Source of the DNA: Rhina ancylostomus | Lineage: Eukaryota | DNA: 64,000 nt | Assembly (NCBI GenBank): GCA_030265395.1 | Contig: JARFYF010000074.1 | Coordinates: 71,193,728 to 71,257,727 of the forward strand | Direction of reading: 5' to 3' | The notes under the pieces: model-generated | The model's database searches: none | What the model was told of the DNA's origin: nothing | The model's input: the letters and a program-made list of their open reading frames with translations, nothing else | Shown: in pieces, positions 27,846-40,904 of the stretch | Position numbering within the stretch: position 1 is the first letter of the stretch | Layout of the letters: every line of letters starts with the position of its first letter | Translations under genes and position numbers: made by a program

Positions 27846-28579
27846 TTACTATCTTAATTTACTTTGCTCTGAGGTTGTTTGCTCCAATAATACTGCAGCA
27901 ACACCCTGAACTGCCTGCGAACAAACACAGCCTATCCCCAAGCTCAAAAGCTTCTGTGAGTAATGGGTGAGTTCTTTGATCCCATCCCTCCATTTGTTCA
28001 TTGTTTTCCTCCATTGGATACGATTACCCGTATAACGTGCCTAAGATATGTCAGTTTCTGCTGAAGCACCACGGCCTCAAGGGAAAAAAGTNNNNNNNNN
28101 NNNNNNNNNNNNNNNNNNNNNNNNNNNNNNNNNNNNNNNNNNNNNNNNNNNNNNNNNNNNNNNNNNNNNNNNNNNNNNNNNNNNNNNNNNNGGGAAAAAA
28201 GTAGGTTTTCTTTGGCTTAGGGCTAAATGCTGACTGCTATTTTGGTTCTTGTTATGTGTGGGATTTTGAGCTTCTCCAGAAATTCAATTAATTGAAGCTT
28301 CTTCCTCTCACCCTTTGCTAAATCCAGCTCTCACATCTGCACCCCACTGTTGGGAAAGCTACTTTTATTCTATTTGCTGCAGCAACATTGTTATCTGGTT
28401 ATGTTCCACCATGTGTGGTCCAAGGGCCTGAAGCAGAGACAGGAGTTCAAATCCCAGCACATCAACTGGGGAATTTAATTCAGTGAATTTAGATAAAATA
28501 CAAGACTTGCAAATACAAAACTCGTGTGGGAATGATGGCCATGAATTGTCACACTGTATTACAAACATGGATAACGTTC

Positions 28580-29860
28580 TGTTACAGCCCAGTCAACCTT
28601 GCTAATTCCCCCTCATAAACACCTGGAGACCGGTACCTAAATTAGGACAGCTGTTCTATAGCAATAGCTTGACGTTGTTGTACTTATGGAATCATTCCTT
28701 ACAGACAAATGTGCCATATCTTCCATTACATTCCCTGAGTACATCTCGTTCCACAGAGAGGATAGACCCACGATGGGAAACGGGTGAAAAGTAGCAGCCT
28801 TTGGAGTCCTCAACATTGAATCCAGACTTGAAGTCTCATAGCATCAGGTCAAACATGTGTAGGGAAACCTGTTCCTGATCACACCTATGGTCCTCCTTCA
28901 ACTGATCTATTATCAGCCAAGTCTCAATCATCAGAAAAGTAATGGAAGCTGTGGTCAACTGTCCTATCTAGCAGCAAATGCCCATTAATAACCCACTCAG
29001 TAATACTCAGCATTGGGTACACCACTCGATCCAGACCCCATCACAGCCAAATATGGACCAAAGAGCAGAAATCCAGAGGGGAGGTGCAAGTGACTGCCTT
29101 TGACATCAGGACAGCATTGAACTGAATGTGGCATCAAGGAGCACTGATAAAACTGAGATTAATGGGCATTAGGGGAAAAACACTCCAAAGGAGGATTGCT
29201 GTGGCTCTTGGAGGTCAATCATTCCAGAGTGAGACAGAGAAAAGATGATCTAGCCACTGACCGGAAACTCAACTGGATCAGCTACATAAACATTATAGTT
29301 ACAGGGCAGGTCAGAGGCTGGGTATTCTGTGGTAAGTACCTCACCTCCTGACACCCCAAGGCCTTTCGATCATTCACAAGACAGGATATACTTCACTTGT
29401 CCTGGATGAGGACATCTCCAATGATTCTCAACAAGCTCAACAGCATCCTAAACAAACTGTTCATTTGATTGGTACCCCATCAATGACATTCATTCTCTCC
29501 ACCACTGACACAAAGAGGTGGCAGTGTGTGCCATGTACAAAATGTACTACAGTGAGACAGCCAGACTACCCTGACATCACCTCCGAAACCCACACTTTCC
29601 AATACCAAGGAGGACAAGGGCAGAAGATGGATGGAGTATAAGAGATCGCTTCTGAGTCACACACATCCTGACTTGGTAATATATCATTGTTGTTACATTG
29701 TCATTGGGTCTAAATCTTAGAACTCTCTACCTGACAGAACTGTGGGAGTAGCTTCATCAGGAGAACTTCAGTGGTTCAAGATGGATCACCATAGACAATT
29801 AGGAATGGACAATAAAGGCTGGCCATGCCTGCACCATCCAGATCCCGCAAAATGAATATA
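28580..29860 (+). mobile_element. Internally deleted CR1-group LINE (endonuclease start, RT pieces, tail)
   Basis: LDVVVLMESFLTD-like APE start, VTAFDIRTALN*MWHQGALIKLRLMGIRGKTL, tail aataaaggctggccatgcc; same family as 10180-11895. Confidence 0.7.
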
Positions 29861-29899
29861 AACTAAAGAAATCTTTACCTAGTCTGGCTTGTAAAATAA

Positions 29900-30820
29900 A
29901 TATCAGGAGTATGCTGCATGGCCCCTGGAGTTTGCTCTACATTGAATAAGATCTAATCTTGGCTTGGGTTCAAATTTCTTCCTTATTCCACATAGTCAGG
30001 TTGTTGGTCTCCAGAGCGGTGAATGGTTAAGTCAACCTTGAATATATTCAAATACTCAGCTTCCACTGCTCTCTGGGGTAGGGAATTCCAAAGATTTATG
30101 ACCCTTTGGAAAAAGAAATTTCTCCCCTTCTGCAACTTAAATGATTAACCTCTGAATCTCGAACANNNNNNNNNNNNNNNNNNNNNNNNNNNNNNNNNNN
30201 NNNNNNNNNNNNNNNNNNNNNNNNNNNNNNNNNNNNNNNNNNNNNNNNNNNNNNNNNNNNNNNNNNNNNNNNNNNNNNNNNNNNNNNNNNNNNNNNNNNN
30301 NNNNNNNNNNNNNNNNNNNNNNNNNNNNNNNNNNNNNNNATCAGCTCTGAACAACCTCCAGCGGAAATTTACCTTAAACAAGGAGACCAGAACTGCATAC
30401 ATTACTCTCGGTGTGCTCTCATTAATGTCTTGCGTAGTTGTGGTAAGTCATCTCTACTTTTATACTCCACCCCCTTCACAATAAAAAGGTCAACATTCAT
30501 AATTATCTACTAAACCTACTTGATAATTTTCTGCATTTCGTGCACACAGATTCCTGTACACCACAGAAATTCACAGTCTCTCCATTCAAACATGATGAAC
30601 AACAATTGGCTTTTCCAATCTTCCTTCAGAAGAGGACAGTTTCCCTCTTCCCCATATTATACTTCATCTGCCAAAATTTTTCCTCACTTGTTTAACCTAT
30701 GCATTATCCCTTTGAGGTACTTTGTGACTACCTCACAAGTTGCTTTCCTACCCATTTTTGTTTCACCGGCAAATTTAGCTCCAACACACTCCATCCCTTC
30801 ATGCAGGTCATTAATATAGA
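29900..30820 (-). mobile_element. Old CR1 fragments spanning a gap
   Basis: ctctctggggtagggaattccaaagatt; ggagaccagaactgcatacattactc; minus strand YINDLHEGMECVGAKFAGETK. Confidence 0.7.
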
Positions 30821-31028
30821 TGGCAACTCCAGGTAAACAGCACTGGTTGACTCTCAACTACCCTCTGACCCTGCAAGCCACTCAAGTCAAGGGGAGTTCA
30901 GGATGGGCAATAAATGTTGGTTTTGCCAATGATACTTGCATTCTAAGATGGAAGTATTAAAGGAGACAGATTCCCAAAGACTTGTTAGCCAGACTCTTCA
31001 GTAAAGGAAAGTAGAAAACTTTCCTACT

Positions 31029-31255
31029 GGGGTGGCACGGTAGCTTAGCAGTTAGCATAACACTATTACAGCACCAACGGTCGGGGTTCGATTTCCGTCA
31101 CTGTAAGGAGTTTGTACATTCTCCTGTGTCTGCGTGGGTTTCCTCTGGTTTGCTCCCACATTCCAAAGACGTATGGGTAGGTTAATATGGGTTTAAAATT
31201 GGGTGGCGCAGACTCATTAGGCTGAAAGGGCCTGTTACCACGCTGTAAATAAAAC
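31029..31255 (+). mobile_element. Full-length V-SINE/HE1-type SINE with CR1-like tail
   Basis: A-box-like tggcacggtagcttagc, B box ggttcgatttcc, V-domain, tail ggctgaaagggcctgttaccacgctgta. Confidence 0.85.
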
Positions 31256-32789
31256 TCAAAAAAAATTTTTTTTAATTTTAAATTTTAAAAAAAAGAGAAG
31301 AAACCCTGAAAACTTAGAAAGACAAATTGAACATATAGAATATTGTGCTGTAATCCCTAAAGACGTTACTGAATCATCCAATAGAATCATGGCAATCATC
31401 ACTGACACAAGTTTTATTCAAACATTATATTTTACTTCCTGCTGGGTGCATTGGCAGAAGATTCACCCAGTCAACAATTTCCAGACAAGTCAAACTCATA
31501 ACCATGCACCTTTATAGAATTCTGAGTGATTTTGTTTTTACTTTGGACTTCAGGAAGCAAAGGATATTTTGGAAATCCACATTCCTGCTGAACATTAGCT
31601 TTACACATGTTCAAAGGAAGTATTCTAAAATAGAAATCATTAACAATTGCCATTTCACATTGCAAACAGAGAATTATGTGGAACCTGTTATGATACTCTA
31701 TTTCCTCATTTGCCAGGGCAAAAGCAAAACTTAAGCACTTTAACCTTCTCCATTTCCACATGTGCATACTGCTCTCACTGATCAATGAGAAATCATTGCA
31801 GTCCTTACACTCCCACTTCCAACATCCAGCCAGCCCACAGCATCTCTCTGATATTATGTTGATTCATGAGAGCTTGACCAATTCAGAACATTGTGACAAG
31901 AGTTCTTGTGGGATTTTTGAATATCTCATTGTCTTGTCATTTCTGTGATTTCGCAGCCTGTTAAATTCATACACAGCAATTGTAAAGCTAAGCAAATTTT
32001 CACGACTCCAAAGTATGATGAGTACTTTACAAAGAGAAGTACACTTATCATGAGGCAGAGATAACAGAAAGGCATTCTTTTGGTTATCTTCTTCTATCTG
32101 AAAGAAGATGCAAGCATAATATGTTTATTTAGCATTGGGCCTGCATTCTGCTTTAACTGTTGCCTCCAAACCTGTTCATGCTCACCTGCAACTGCCTTAA
32201 AGGGGCACAATTTAAAATTGTTCCTCTGACTGGGAAATAATATTTTGAAATGTTTCAGGAAGGAGCATTGAAAACTATTGCAAAGGATAAAATGATTGAC
32301 CAGAACAGAACATTTGTATGATCTTTTAGTTGTAGATTGTCACTGAGCAGTCTCACTCAGAGTATGAAACATAAGTTGTTGCACATTTAATTTTTATAAA
32401 CAAAACAGACAAGGAATTAGAATTGGGAAGTTTCCAAGTGAAATCTTGTTAATTGACACTATTGTGATAGGTATAGTATTGGACCACTATAACATATTTG
32501 TGAATGTTGTCATCCGCGAAGGCAGCTGTGGATAGTTTTGGACTGACATCAGCTATGATCCACGAGACATAACCATAAGGATGAACAGTTATGTTAAACC
32601 TGTGATATCACTAGGGAAGGACAGATGCAGTGCTCCTCAACAACTGGCCACGAAACTCATTAAGAACTGGTGTAGTCAGCTTTTCAGGATGTCTTGCTTG
32701 AATTTTTTTTAGGAAGTTAGGTCAACTAAAGCCTTCTTGACACAACACATTGATACGTGGATGCGCCACATTATATGGTTGCCATTTAG

Positions 32790-33240
32790 TCCCAGTTTAG
32801 ATAAGTGGTGGTATTCTCACTTTAAAGTCAGAAGATTGTGGGTTTAAGTCCCAGCCCAGAACTTAGGGTGATACTTGCTGTAGTAGTATAATATTGTCTC
32901 TCAGCTGAGGTGTTAAATTGAGTTTCCTACTGCGTCTTTAGACAGATCAAACTCTTGTGACATTTTTCACACAGATTCTCCCAGATTCCTAGTCAATATT
33001 AATCTAGAATCAAAATCACCAAAAGCATTTAACCTGGTCAATCATCATACTGCCAAAATAGTTCTGATGGGATTTAAATTGGAATTTATGCAGATAAAAA
33101 TGGGAGCTGGCTTAGTCTATCCCACAAACTGGCTGAATGTTTGCCTGCACAATAGTGACTGTACTTCAAAAGCACATCATTGACTGAAATACTTTGAGAC
33201 ATCCTGCAAACTGTGAAAGGCACAACATAAATGCAAGAAA
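32790..33240 (+). mobile_element. Old DeuSINE/SacSINE1-like SINE
   Basis: gtcagaagattgtgggtttaagtcccagcccaga head; tgagacatcctgcaaactgtgaaaggcacaacataaatgcaag tail. Confidence 0.55.
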
Positions 33241-36200
33241 TTTCTTCCGATTCCTTCTTAATCAAACAATCTAGGCGAAATGCCACAAAAACTGGAAACA
33301 GAATCAGAGTCAATGTATGTCAGTGTTGTGCATCACCAGTGTCACACATTTTAGGCCCTTTCATAGATTTGAGTTCACTGATATTGGACACTGCCGTAAG
33401 GAATCCCTATATCTAATGCTAACCAGTATACTATCCACCATACTCTAGTGCAACCCACTGTCACCTAGTTCTCCTAATATTCAACAGGTAGATGGGAAGG
33501 CTTGAAAAGAGCCAACCATCTATATGAATTGCTAAGTTATGTTTTACATTAATATACAAGCTTAATCAAAACTTAATTTAACATCAAACCACTACTTGTA
33601 AGTAATGCTTTTAAGTTAATACTGTTTATCCAGGCCAAGATATCTGCCTCTAGCTAGCATGCAATTTAAAATAAATGTTTTACTTTTGTATTAGGCTGAA
33701 TCCCATCTTTCCCCCTGTTTTGAGATTACAACCTACAAGAAGCTCTCTCCCTCTTCACGGATATCCCAGGAGACACATCAATTAAACAGGCCATCTCCCC
33801 CACAAAATGAATGGATTCTATGTCAGCATCCCATCGTGGACTCAAAGGAATTGATCACCCTAGTGATAAATGGCATGAATGTTCACAGAAATGTGAGACA
33901 AGATAATGGCACAAACTCAACTTTGTTCTAATATCAGCATCATACAAAGAGAGAAAAACATTCATGTGTCATCTCTCAAATCCTCAAACCATTCCAAATC
34001 ATACTACTTCAATGCAAGTGTCAATTTTTTGAATCATTTGTATTTTGGAGAACAACAACAACAAAGTTGCGTGGAGAAACTGCCTTTGGGCAACATGGCT
34101 AAATGATGGCCATAAAGCAACTTCAGAGTCAAAAAGAATTTAAAGCATTTACTGTCACACAGAACAATACAAAATAAATAGTTCCACACATGGCTACTTC
34201 ATGCTGTCTTCAGGTCTAATGATGGCTCACACTAACTTGCCCAATTATTTCACATTACATTATAGGATAATGCTTCAACTCTGCAGATAAAGAAGTCAGA
34301 ATAACTTAAAAAAATGAGAATTCTCCTATATCACACTAATTTTGTTACAAAGACAATATTTGCTAGGTGTCCACATAAATCTTCAATGCATCCACAGTAA
34401 CCCAACTGCAATGAGTTATTTGAATCTTAATGGCACATTTGTTACACAGTCAGGGTTTCTGCAAACCTCATAAGCCCACCAGACTTCCTGTTTCTTATAT
34501 ATAAATTCTCCGAGGTCAAATCAAGCTCTAATTTTTTTCCCCCACTGGATTAACTTAATTTCTAGATAGCATGGAGATGATATTCATTGCTTCAAATCCT
34601 CCCCTATTTACAACAAACATGCTCATTTCTGACTTTAATTGCTGAAGCACTCACATAAAACAATTAAGAGTTTCTTTCACCCGTTAAAATGAGAGCAGCA
34701 GTTTACTGAACATCATTGCCTGATATTTGCTCTTTCAGGAAATACATCATATTTATGCTCATTTAAAATGGGCATCTGACATTTCTAGAAAATGGAATGC
34801 ACAGGGCTGTTCATTGAAAAAATAATGTTGCATTAAGGTAAGTGGATTTCAGACATTTCTTGAGACTGTTCTAGTTCAATATTTTTTTTTCTGCTGACAT
34901 TTAGGTTTTCATGAACCCTTCTGCCATTTGTTGCTTCATTCTTTTTGGCCATAGCACAATGGCTTCTGGCAATTGTTTTTTTTTCATATTATGTTCCTAT
35001 CTGATCTCAGATATGGACTGATGCCACTCCGATCAGTTTGCATTTGAGGTGTTCTGTACCATCTGCTTGTATTGGCACACCCACATCCTCAGAAAATGGT
35101 GTAGTTGCATAGGAATAGGACTGACACAATTAAAGGAGATTTCCTGAAAAAATTAGTTACTTCAAAAGGTACTGTATGAAAGATGGCTCTCAAAGGTGAT
35201 CAATAACAAGGCCAGCCTGGATGACATGTGCTAGTATATCTAGAACTGCTACCAACCACACGTGTAGAGATTGTTGCACTTGCCACACAATAACTGTGGG
35301 AATCTGGCTGTAAAAGGTCAGAGAGTAGCCAGACACTGGCTTTGTGCCACCTGCCATGAGGTTAACCTGCAGCTGCCATGGAGAATAGGTGAGGCACAGC
35401 AAGTGACAGAACACATAAGGAGTTATCAAACATGGTGGTGGGGGATGGGGGAGGAAGGTGGTACGAAATGACTACAGCCTTACGTTTGGATTTTCTTTCT
35501 GTTCATTTTTGCCTGGCATTTCTTCTCTTCTGATAGACTGCTAAAGGAATAAGAAAGACATTCTTAGCCTTTCCCAAGTGCGGTAGGAAAATTGTTTTCC
35601 TTTTCTGACATTTCTCAGTAAACATCTACATCTCTTAGAAGTTCACGAACCTGTGGTTTCCCATGTCTACAATGGTATGCTCCTCATTTGGGTTTAATTC
35701 TGTACCTAATCTCCGTGTATTTTGGGTAATCCCCACAGAGAAATTGATTCACATTTGACTTTGGACCAAATTATTTGAATGTGAACAGCCTGACTGGGAA
35801 ATGGACACAACAGTGTCCTTTGCATTTTCTCAAAATGCCCTAGTTGTAAACAATCTATGGATTAAAGAAACAGAATTGAAAGGAATATCAAAAAGTGGAA
35901 TTTGTGAAACAAAGTGAGAACTGATTACAGAATTTCCTAGAAGCTTGGTACACACATTGCCACAATCATTTCTCATTCAGTTTCAATTCTCCCCTGCAGA
36001 GGCCAGGAGTAAACTGGTAGTTGCTACTAGATCCCAGAACTTGGGGGGACAACTGGTACACTGAGTAGTTCTGAGGTAATACCACAACTAAGACAGCATC
36101 TGTATTAGATATAAAAACAAATACTGGAAACACACAAACAAAATATTAGACAGCATTAATTCACTTTCTAATGTATTACCCAAACACAAAACTGTCTTTT

Positions 36201-37859
36201 CCACTGCAGATTCTGAGCAACAAGCTGCATATTTTCAGCCATTTTCATTACAAAATTCCAGCATTTGTGGGGTTATTTCTATCTTTGCTTAAATATTCCC
36301 TCATATGGTTCCATTTGGTTGTCTGTACAATATTTTCATAAATCGCACCACAAACCATTGTATTTGCTCCTGAACAGTGCCTTTATTAGCTTCTGTCCAC
36401 TAACACAAATAATAATAGGAGGTTTTATTAAATAAATTGTCCTCAGCATTGGTCTAATGTTGCTCAGGAACTACAGTGCTGGAAAGTTGCAGTATTACAT
36501 TCCTTATAGATTTCATATGACGATGGAGCACCAAAGATGTTTAGTTCACAAATTAAAACTGTCCTAATTGAGGGTTTAATGAATAATTCCTTTTGTAATT
36601 TTGAATGTTTGCAATATAATCCAACATTTTTATTTTGATTGCAATTTTGAGAATATGCAGGCATTGAGGATCTACATCAAAGCAATGTTTTTCAATGTGA
36701 TTTGAGGATCAGAGTTAATCCCAAAATTGAAGGATCCCCAAACAGAAAGCAAAGTCTCTATTTTTAAAAAAATGTGTTAGGAACATTCAGCCAGTCATGC
36801 AACCTCTGGGAAAGAGAAATATGCTGACTGACCTGTTGAGTACTTCCAGCACTTTTTAATGTCAGATTTCCACCATTTGTATTTTATTTTGATTTTCACA
36901 AGGGAAGCTCATGTTACAAGCCTATTGAGAACAAACTGAAATTATCTATGATGACTTTTCATCAGCAGAAAACCCACTAAACTGAAAGCTCTTTGAATTG
37001 TTTTATTTTAAATGAATGCAAGATGCTGCTTCACAATCAACAGTCTGTTTGCTGGTTTGATACCAGCAAAGAGAATGTGCATCTGTTGTGGGAGGACAGG
37101 GAAAGGGAAGCATATCAGAGGCACGTGGCGTAATTGCTAGTTACCCCCAACCCCACCGACTGCACAATTAAACCGTCAGGAAATTCTACTGTGCTTTTTT
37201 AAAAATGCAAACTTCAAAGACATCAGATAAATGAAGAGCGGTAACTTGCGTTTTCTGAGCACCATCTACGAACACCCATATACAGCAGACAATTCAAGGC
37301 AAGCAAACAAGTAGCCCGTCTCTATTGAAAGGCGTTTTAACTTTTGGATTCAAGCAATAGGAATCAAAACTAACCAAACCAATATTGCCGAATATTACAG
37401 AGATGTCTTAAACGCTGCCTGTACTTAAAAAAAAGAGAAAAAAATCAATATTTCTGCAGAATGGGAAGCAAGGGTAAGTAGTATTATTACTGCTATCTCA
37501 TAAACCACTGAAATCAAGACTGCTGATGTTCGGATTGTCTCCCAGTGACATNNNNNNNNNNNNNNNNNNNNNNNNNNNNNNNNNNNNNNNNNNNNNNNNN
37601 NNNNNNNNNNNNNNNNNNNNNNNNNNNNNNNNNNNNNNNNNNNNNNNNNNNTCAATAAACAAAATCTTCAATTATCGTATAATCTGTCACCCCGCTCTCA
37701 TTTACACACTCTTCCACACCCTCTCTTCAATTCGGTGCTTGGCAATTTAGGGCAATTCAATGGCACCATTAAACGATGATTCTATCAATCACAGAAAAAT
37801 AATATGGGCCTTTCTGAAAATTATGCATCGTTTCTTCCAAGCTCTCACTTCTTAATAAT

Positions 37860-38620
37860 AGACCTGGCTGTCTCCCCGAGCTGTTTTGCAATGCGTGCCA
37901 CAGATTTCTGCGGGACGGGTATTTTCACAAGCCAATGCTGCACAGGACAGTGTCCACTACGGACAGCGTACATAGTCTGAATGGTGCACACTTACCCCGA
38001 GAGCTTTGCGATCTTCACAAAGCTAAACACATCCATGCATGCAGGAGGCTCTTTAGCTCTTACTTCAGCTCCATACTGCGCCTCTATTCAACTAGGTTCG
38101 GGCTACATACGGAAAGGAAAGCTTCCTTTTCTCTTGCTCTGAGATTCGTGCCTCTATCCACTCCAGGTTTAGGCAGCATTGGTTTCTCTACAAAATATTG
38201 TGCTACAGAAAGCAAGTGTTCCAATTCTCCCCTCCCCTGCCCACAGCCAGCACCACACCGCTACCATTGGCCCTTACAAGACACTCTCAGTCAAATTTCA
38301 TCACGCCGGAATAATGAGCAGGAGCCACACAGGCAGCGGCTCCGGGGAAACGTAAATCACTGCTGGTGGGTGTCTTAAGCTCATCTCGCGTTCGGCCGGC
38401 TGGAAGCAAACGCTTCTCTTCCCCCGTTTCCATCAGATGGTGCTGGATGACAAATGGAAGAGGGAGCGGCAGCAGGATTATGACAAAAAAAAAACAAATG
38501 GGTGCAATTACAGCGCTTCAGTCCGAAAGGCGTTGTTTTTGGCAGGCACACTCCCTTTCTCTTGGCTCTGGGGTTTCCTGCGTTAAATCGAACATTTTAA
38601 CTTTGGAGGCTGTTCGCTAC
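37860..38620 (-). promoter_or_regulatory. CpG-enriched 5' UTR / proximal promoter region of FRMPD4
   Basis: Visible CpG excess (e.g. ctcgcgttcggccggc at 38386, gcggctccgggg at 38336) against a CpG-poor background; no recognisable repeats; surrounds the coding exon. Confidence 0.55.
37996..38036 (-). CDS. FRMPD4: First coding exon of FERM and PDZ domain-containing protein 4 (Preso1/PDZD10); 41 nt, phase 2
   Basis: Minus strand reads ATG GAT GTG TTT AGC TTT GTG AAG ATC GCA AAG CTC TCG GG|GTAAGT = [13 protein letters not shown](G). This matches the N-terminus I recall for mammalian FRMPD4 ([22 protein letters not shown]...). It has a consensus donor at 37995-37990 and sits in a CpG-enriched, repeat-poor context. 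Confidence 0.93.
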
Positions 38621-39123
38621 CCAACTAAAATCACCATACCTTTTCCCAACCAAGTGTAACCCTGTGAGTTGTTATGGCAACTGAATATCCATGGTTTAAA
38701 ATCAGTACAGGTGGACCTACTTTCCTGGAAGTGTGCCCGAACCTTTGCAGAGTTTCAGTTGGCAATCTCATGGTGTTCCTTTTATTAAGGATTGCAAAAG
38801 CATGCAGGTAACAACAAAGAGGCTAAAATAAACCTTCATTTTCCAGCAACTTATAAATTTGGATATGTTCCTCTCTTTGATGACTTAAGGGAAAAAAGCA
38901 CCTCATCAAATCAGTATCAAGAAGCTAACATTATCTTTGTCCACTGTAAAACAGATGCAATTTAAGTTATTTTTTGTATTTATTCATGGGGACTCGAGTT
39001 GTTTCCAAAAACTTTCAGAGATGTTCAGTAAACACCGGTCGCTCACGCCCAGACCAACGTTCAGCTTTATCATTTATTCAAAGCCTGTCCAAATTTGGGG
39101 AGCAGGGAGAAAGGCAATTGGAG

Positions 39124-39184
39124 TTTGGCGGGAGAGGGGGCGTGGCCCTTCTGCGGATCTGATATAAAGCCTCGGTGCACGTCA
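39124..39184 (+). promoter_or_regulatory. Compact motif cluster: E2F-like site, GC box, TATA-like box, CRE/UPRE-like site
   Basis: TTTGGCGGGA 39124-39133, GGGGCGTGGC 39137-39146, TATAAA 39163-39168, CACGTCA 39178-39184. Motif matches only. Confidence 0.35.
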
Positions 39185-39409
39185 AATGAGGTTACCAGCA
39201 AAGGACAGTCATGCCTGTAAAAGTGCAAGGGAGGGATAAGTTTCAGGCACAAGTGTCGCTGGCGGCTGTGAGGAAGTTATTTCCAAGCCTGCAGCTGAAA
39301 CGTCTTAGACTGTGTGCATCTCTATACACACAGCTAAGAACCCCAGATTTTCATTTCGAGACCCTTTTTGCATCAGTTACTGATAGCCAACTAGTTAACC
39401 ACTGTCTCT

Positions 39410-40130
39410 CATGGAGTAATAGAGCACCGAAACTCGGCCCAAATCGTCCATGCAGATCATGATACCCACCAAGCTAGCCCCATTTGCCCGTGTTTGGCCC
39501 ATATCCCTCTGAATCTTCCCTATCCATGTACCTATCCAAATATCGTTATTGTACAAGCCTCAACCACTTTCTCTAGCAGCTCATTCTATATTTGCACCAC
39601 CCTCTGCGTGATGACATTGCCCCTCAGGTCCATTTTAAATCTTTCATCTTAAATCTATGCTCTCTGGATTTTAGTTCCCCTTTTCTGGGAAAAAGACTGT
39701 GTGCATTCACCCTCTCTATAACCCTCATGATTTTTACACACCTCTATCAGGTCACCCCTCAATGTCCTATGTTCCAAGAAATAAAGTCCAAGCCTGCCCA
39801 ACCTCTCTCTATAACTCAGGCCCTCGAGTCCTGGCAGCATCGATGTTGATCTTCTCTACATTCTTTCCAGTTTAATGATGCTATTCCTATAATAGGATGA
39901 CCAAATCTGTACACAATACTTCAAGTGCGGTCTCACCAATGTCTTGTACAACTGCAATATAATGTCCCAACTCCGATACTCAATGCCCTGACTGATGAAG
40001 GTCAGCCTGCCAAACAATTTTTTCACCACACTGTCCAGCTTTCGATGAACTATGTTCTTGTACTCCTCAGTTCCTCTGTTCCATTACACTCCCCAGGGCC
40101 CTACCATTCACTGTATAAGTCCTACCCTGG
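39410..40130 (-). mobile_element. CR1 LINE 3' fragment
   Basis: MLPGLEGLSYRERLGRLGLYFLEHRTLRGDLIEVCK; RTYTVNGRALGSVMEQR; tail at 39410-39470. Confidence 0.9.
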
Positions 40131-40904
40131 TTCGAGCTTTTAATTCCAAATTTATTCAGTTTAAAAAACTTCAAATTCCCCTGTTGCCTTGGTGGGATTT
40201 GAACACCACTCCAGATTACTGGTGGCATTACCACAACACTGGGAAGTGGCAACAAGAGGGGTGGAGCCAATGCTGTTCAGGGGAGAACAAGGACCTCAAT
40301 GGCCCAGACCTCTCCTCACCCTGGACGTTTTACCAGGAGGAAGGTTGCTACATAATGCAAGTATTTGTTGTTGACTGTGCTCTGCTCGGGGATGCAGGAC
40401 AGGCACAGATATGACTGTGTGATACGTTGCTGTGTTCCTCTGATAGAGAGCCAGTTTAGCCCTGTGAGGGTGGGATTCAGTGACAGCTGCACTCATTGTA
40501 GGTATGATCTGCAAAAGGTTTCAATTCACAAAATCAGATGACGTATTCGTGGTTAGAATCCCAATGAAAGAAACTGGACTGTGTACAATTGGATTGAAAT
40601 CCCTGCTTCCACCTTTGTTTTCATGTTTTAAATATCTGTAACCCTTCCAGGAAAATGTATTCGTAGTTTCAAAGGCAGAATTTCAAAACTCAGGACCAAT
40701 ATGCTGACAAATGCGCCAAGTACTTAGTTAAAAAAATCTCTGTTCTGAGGGAGCATTGGAGCATATCCTCACACCATCTCACTCTCTCCTCAGAAGATAT
40801 TTCAAACACTTCCCAGTTCTCACATCCAACCATTTCTAGACCTATCACTTCTCTGATCGTGTTCAAATGTTGGATAGACTTGCGGAGTGAAATCTGAGAA
40901 GATA

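Larger units (their letters stand above)
1..37995 (-). other. FRMPD4: Intron after the first coding exon of FRMPD4 (runs off the window)
   Basis: Starts at the GTAAGT donor. I found no sequence for the next exon ([15 protein letters not shown]-like) in the window. The mammalian intron is known to be very long. Confidence 0.75.

Noticed and set aside
31029-31100. tRNA-like A/B boxes as a tRNA gene
   Set aside because: No cloverleaf; continues directly into the V-SINE body.
37935-38659. Plus-strand ORFs of 147 and 97 aa
   Set aside because: Antisense to the GC-rich FRMPD4 exon and leader, where stops are rarer; no protein similarity recognised.
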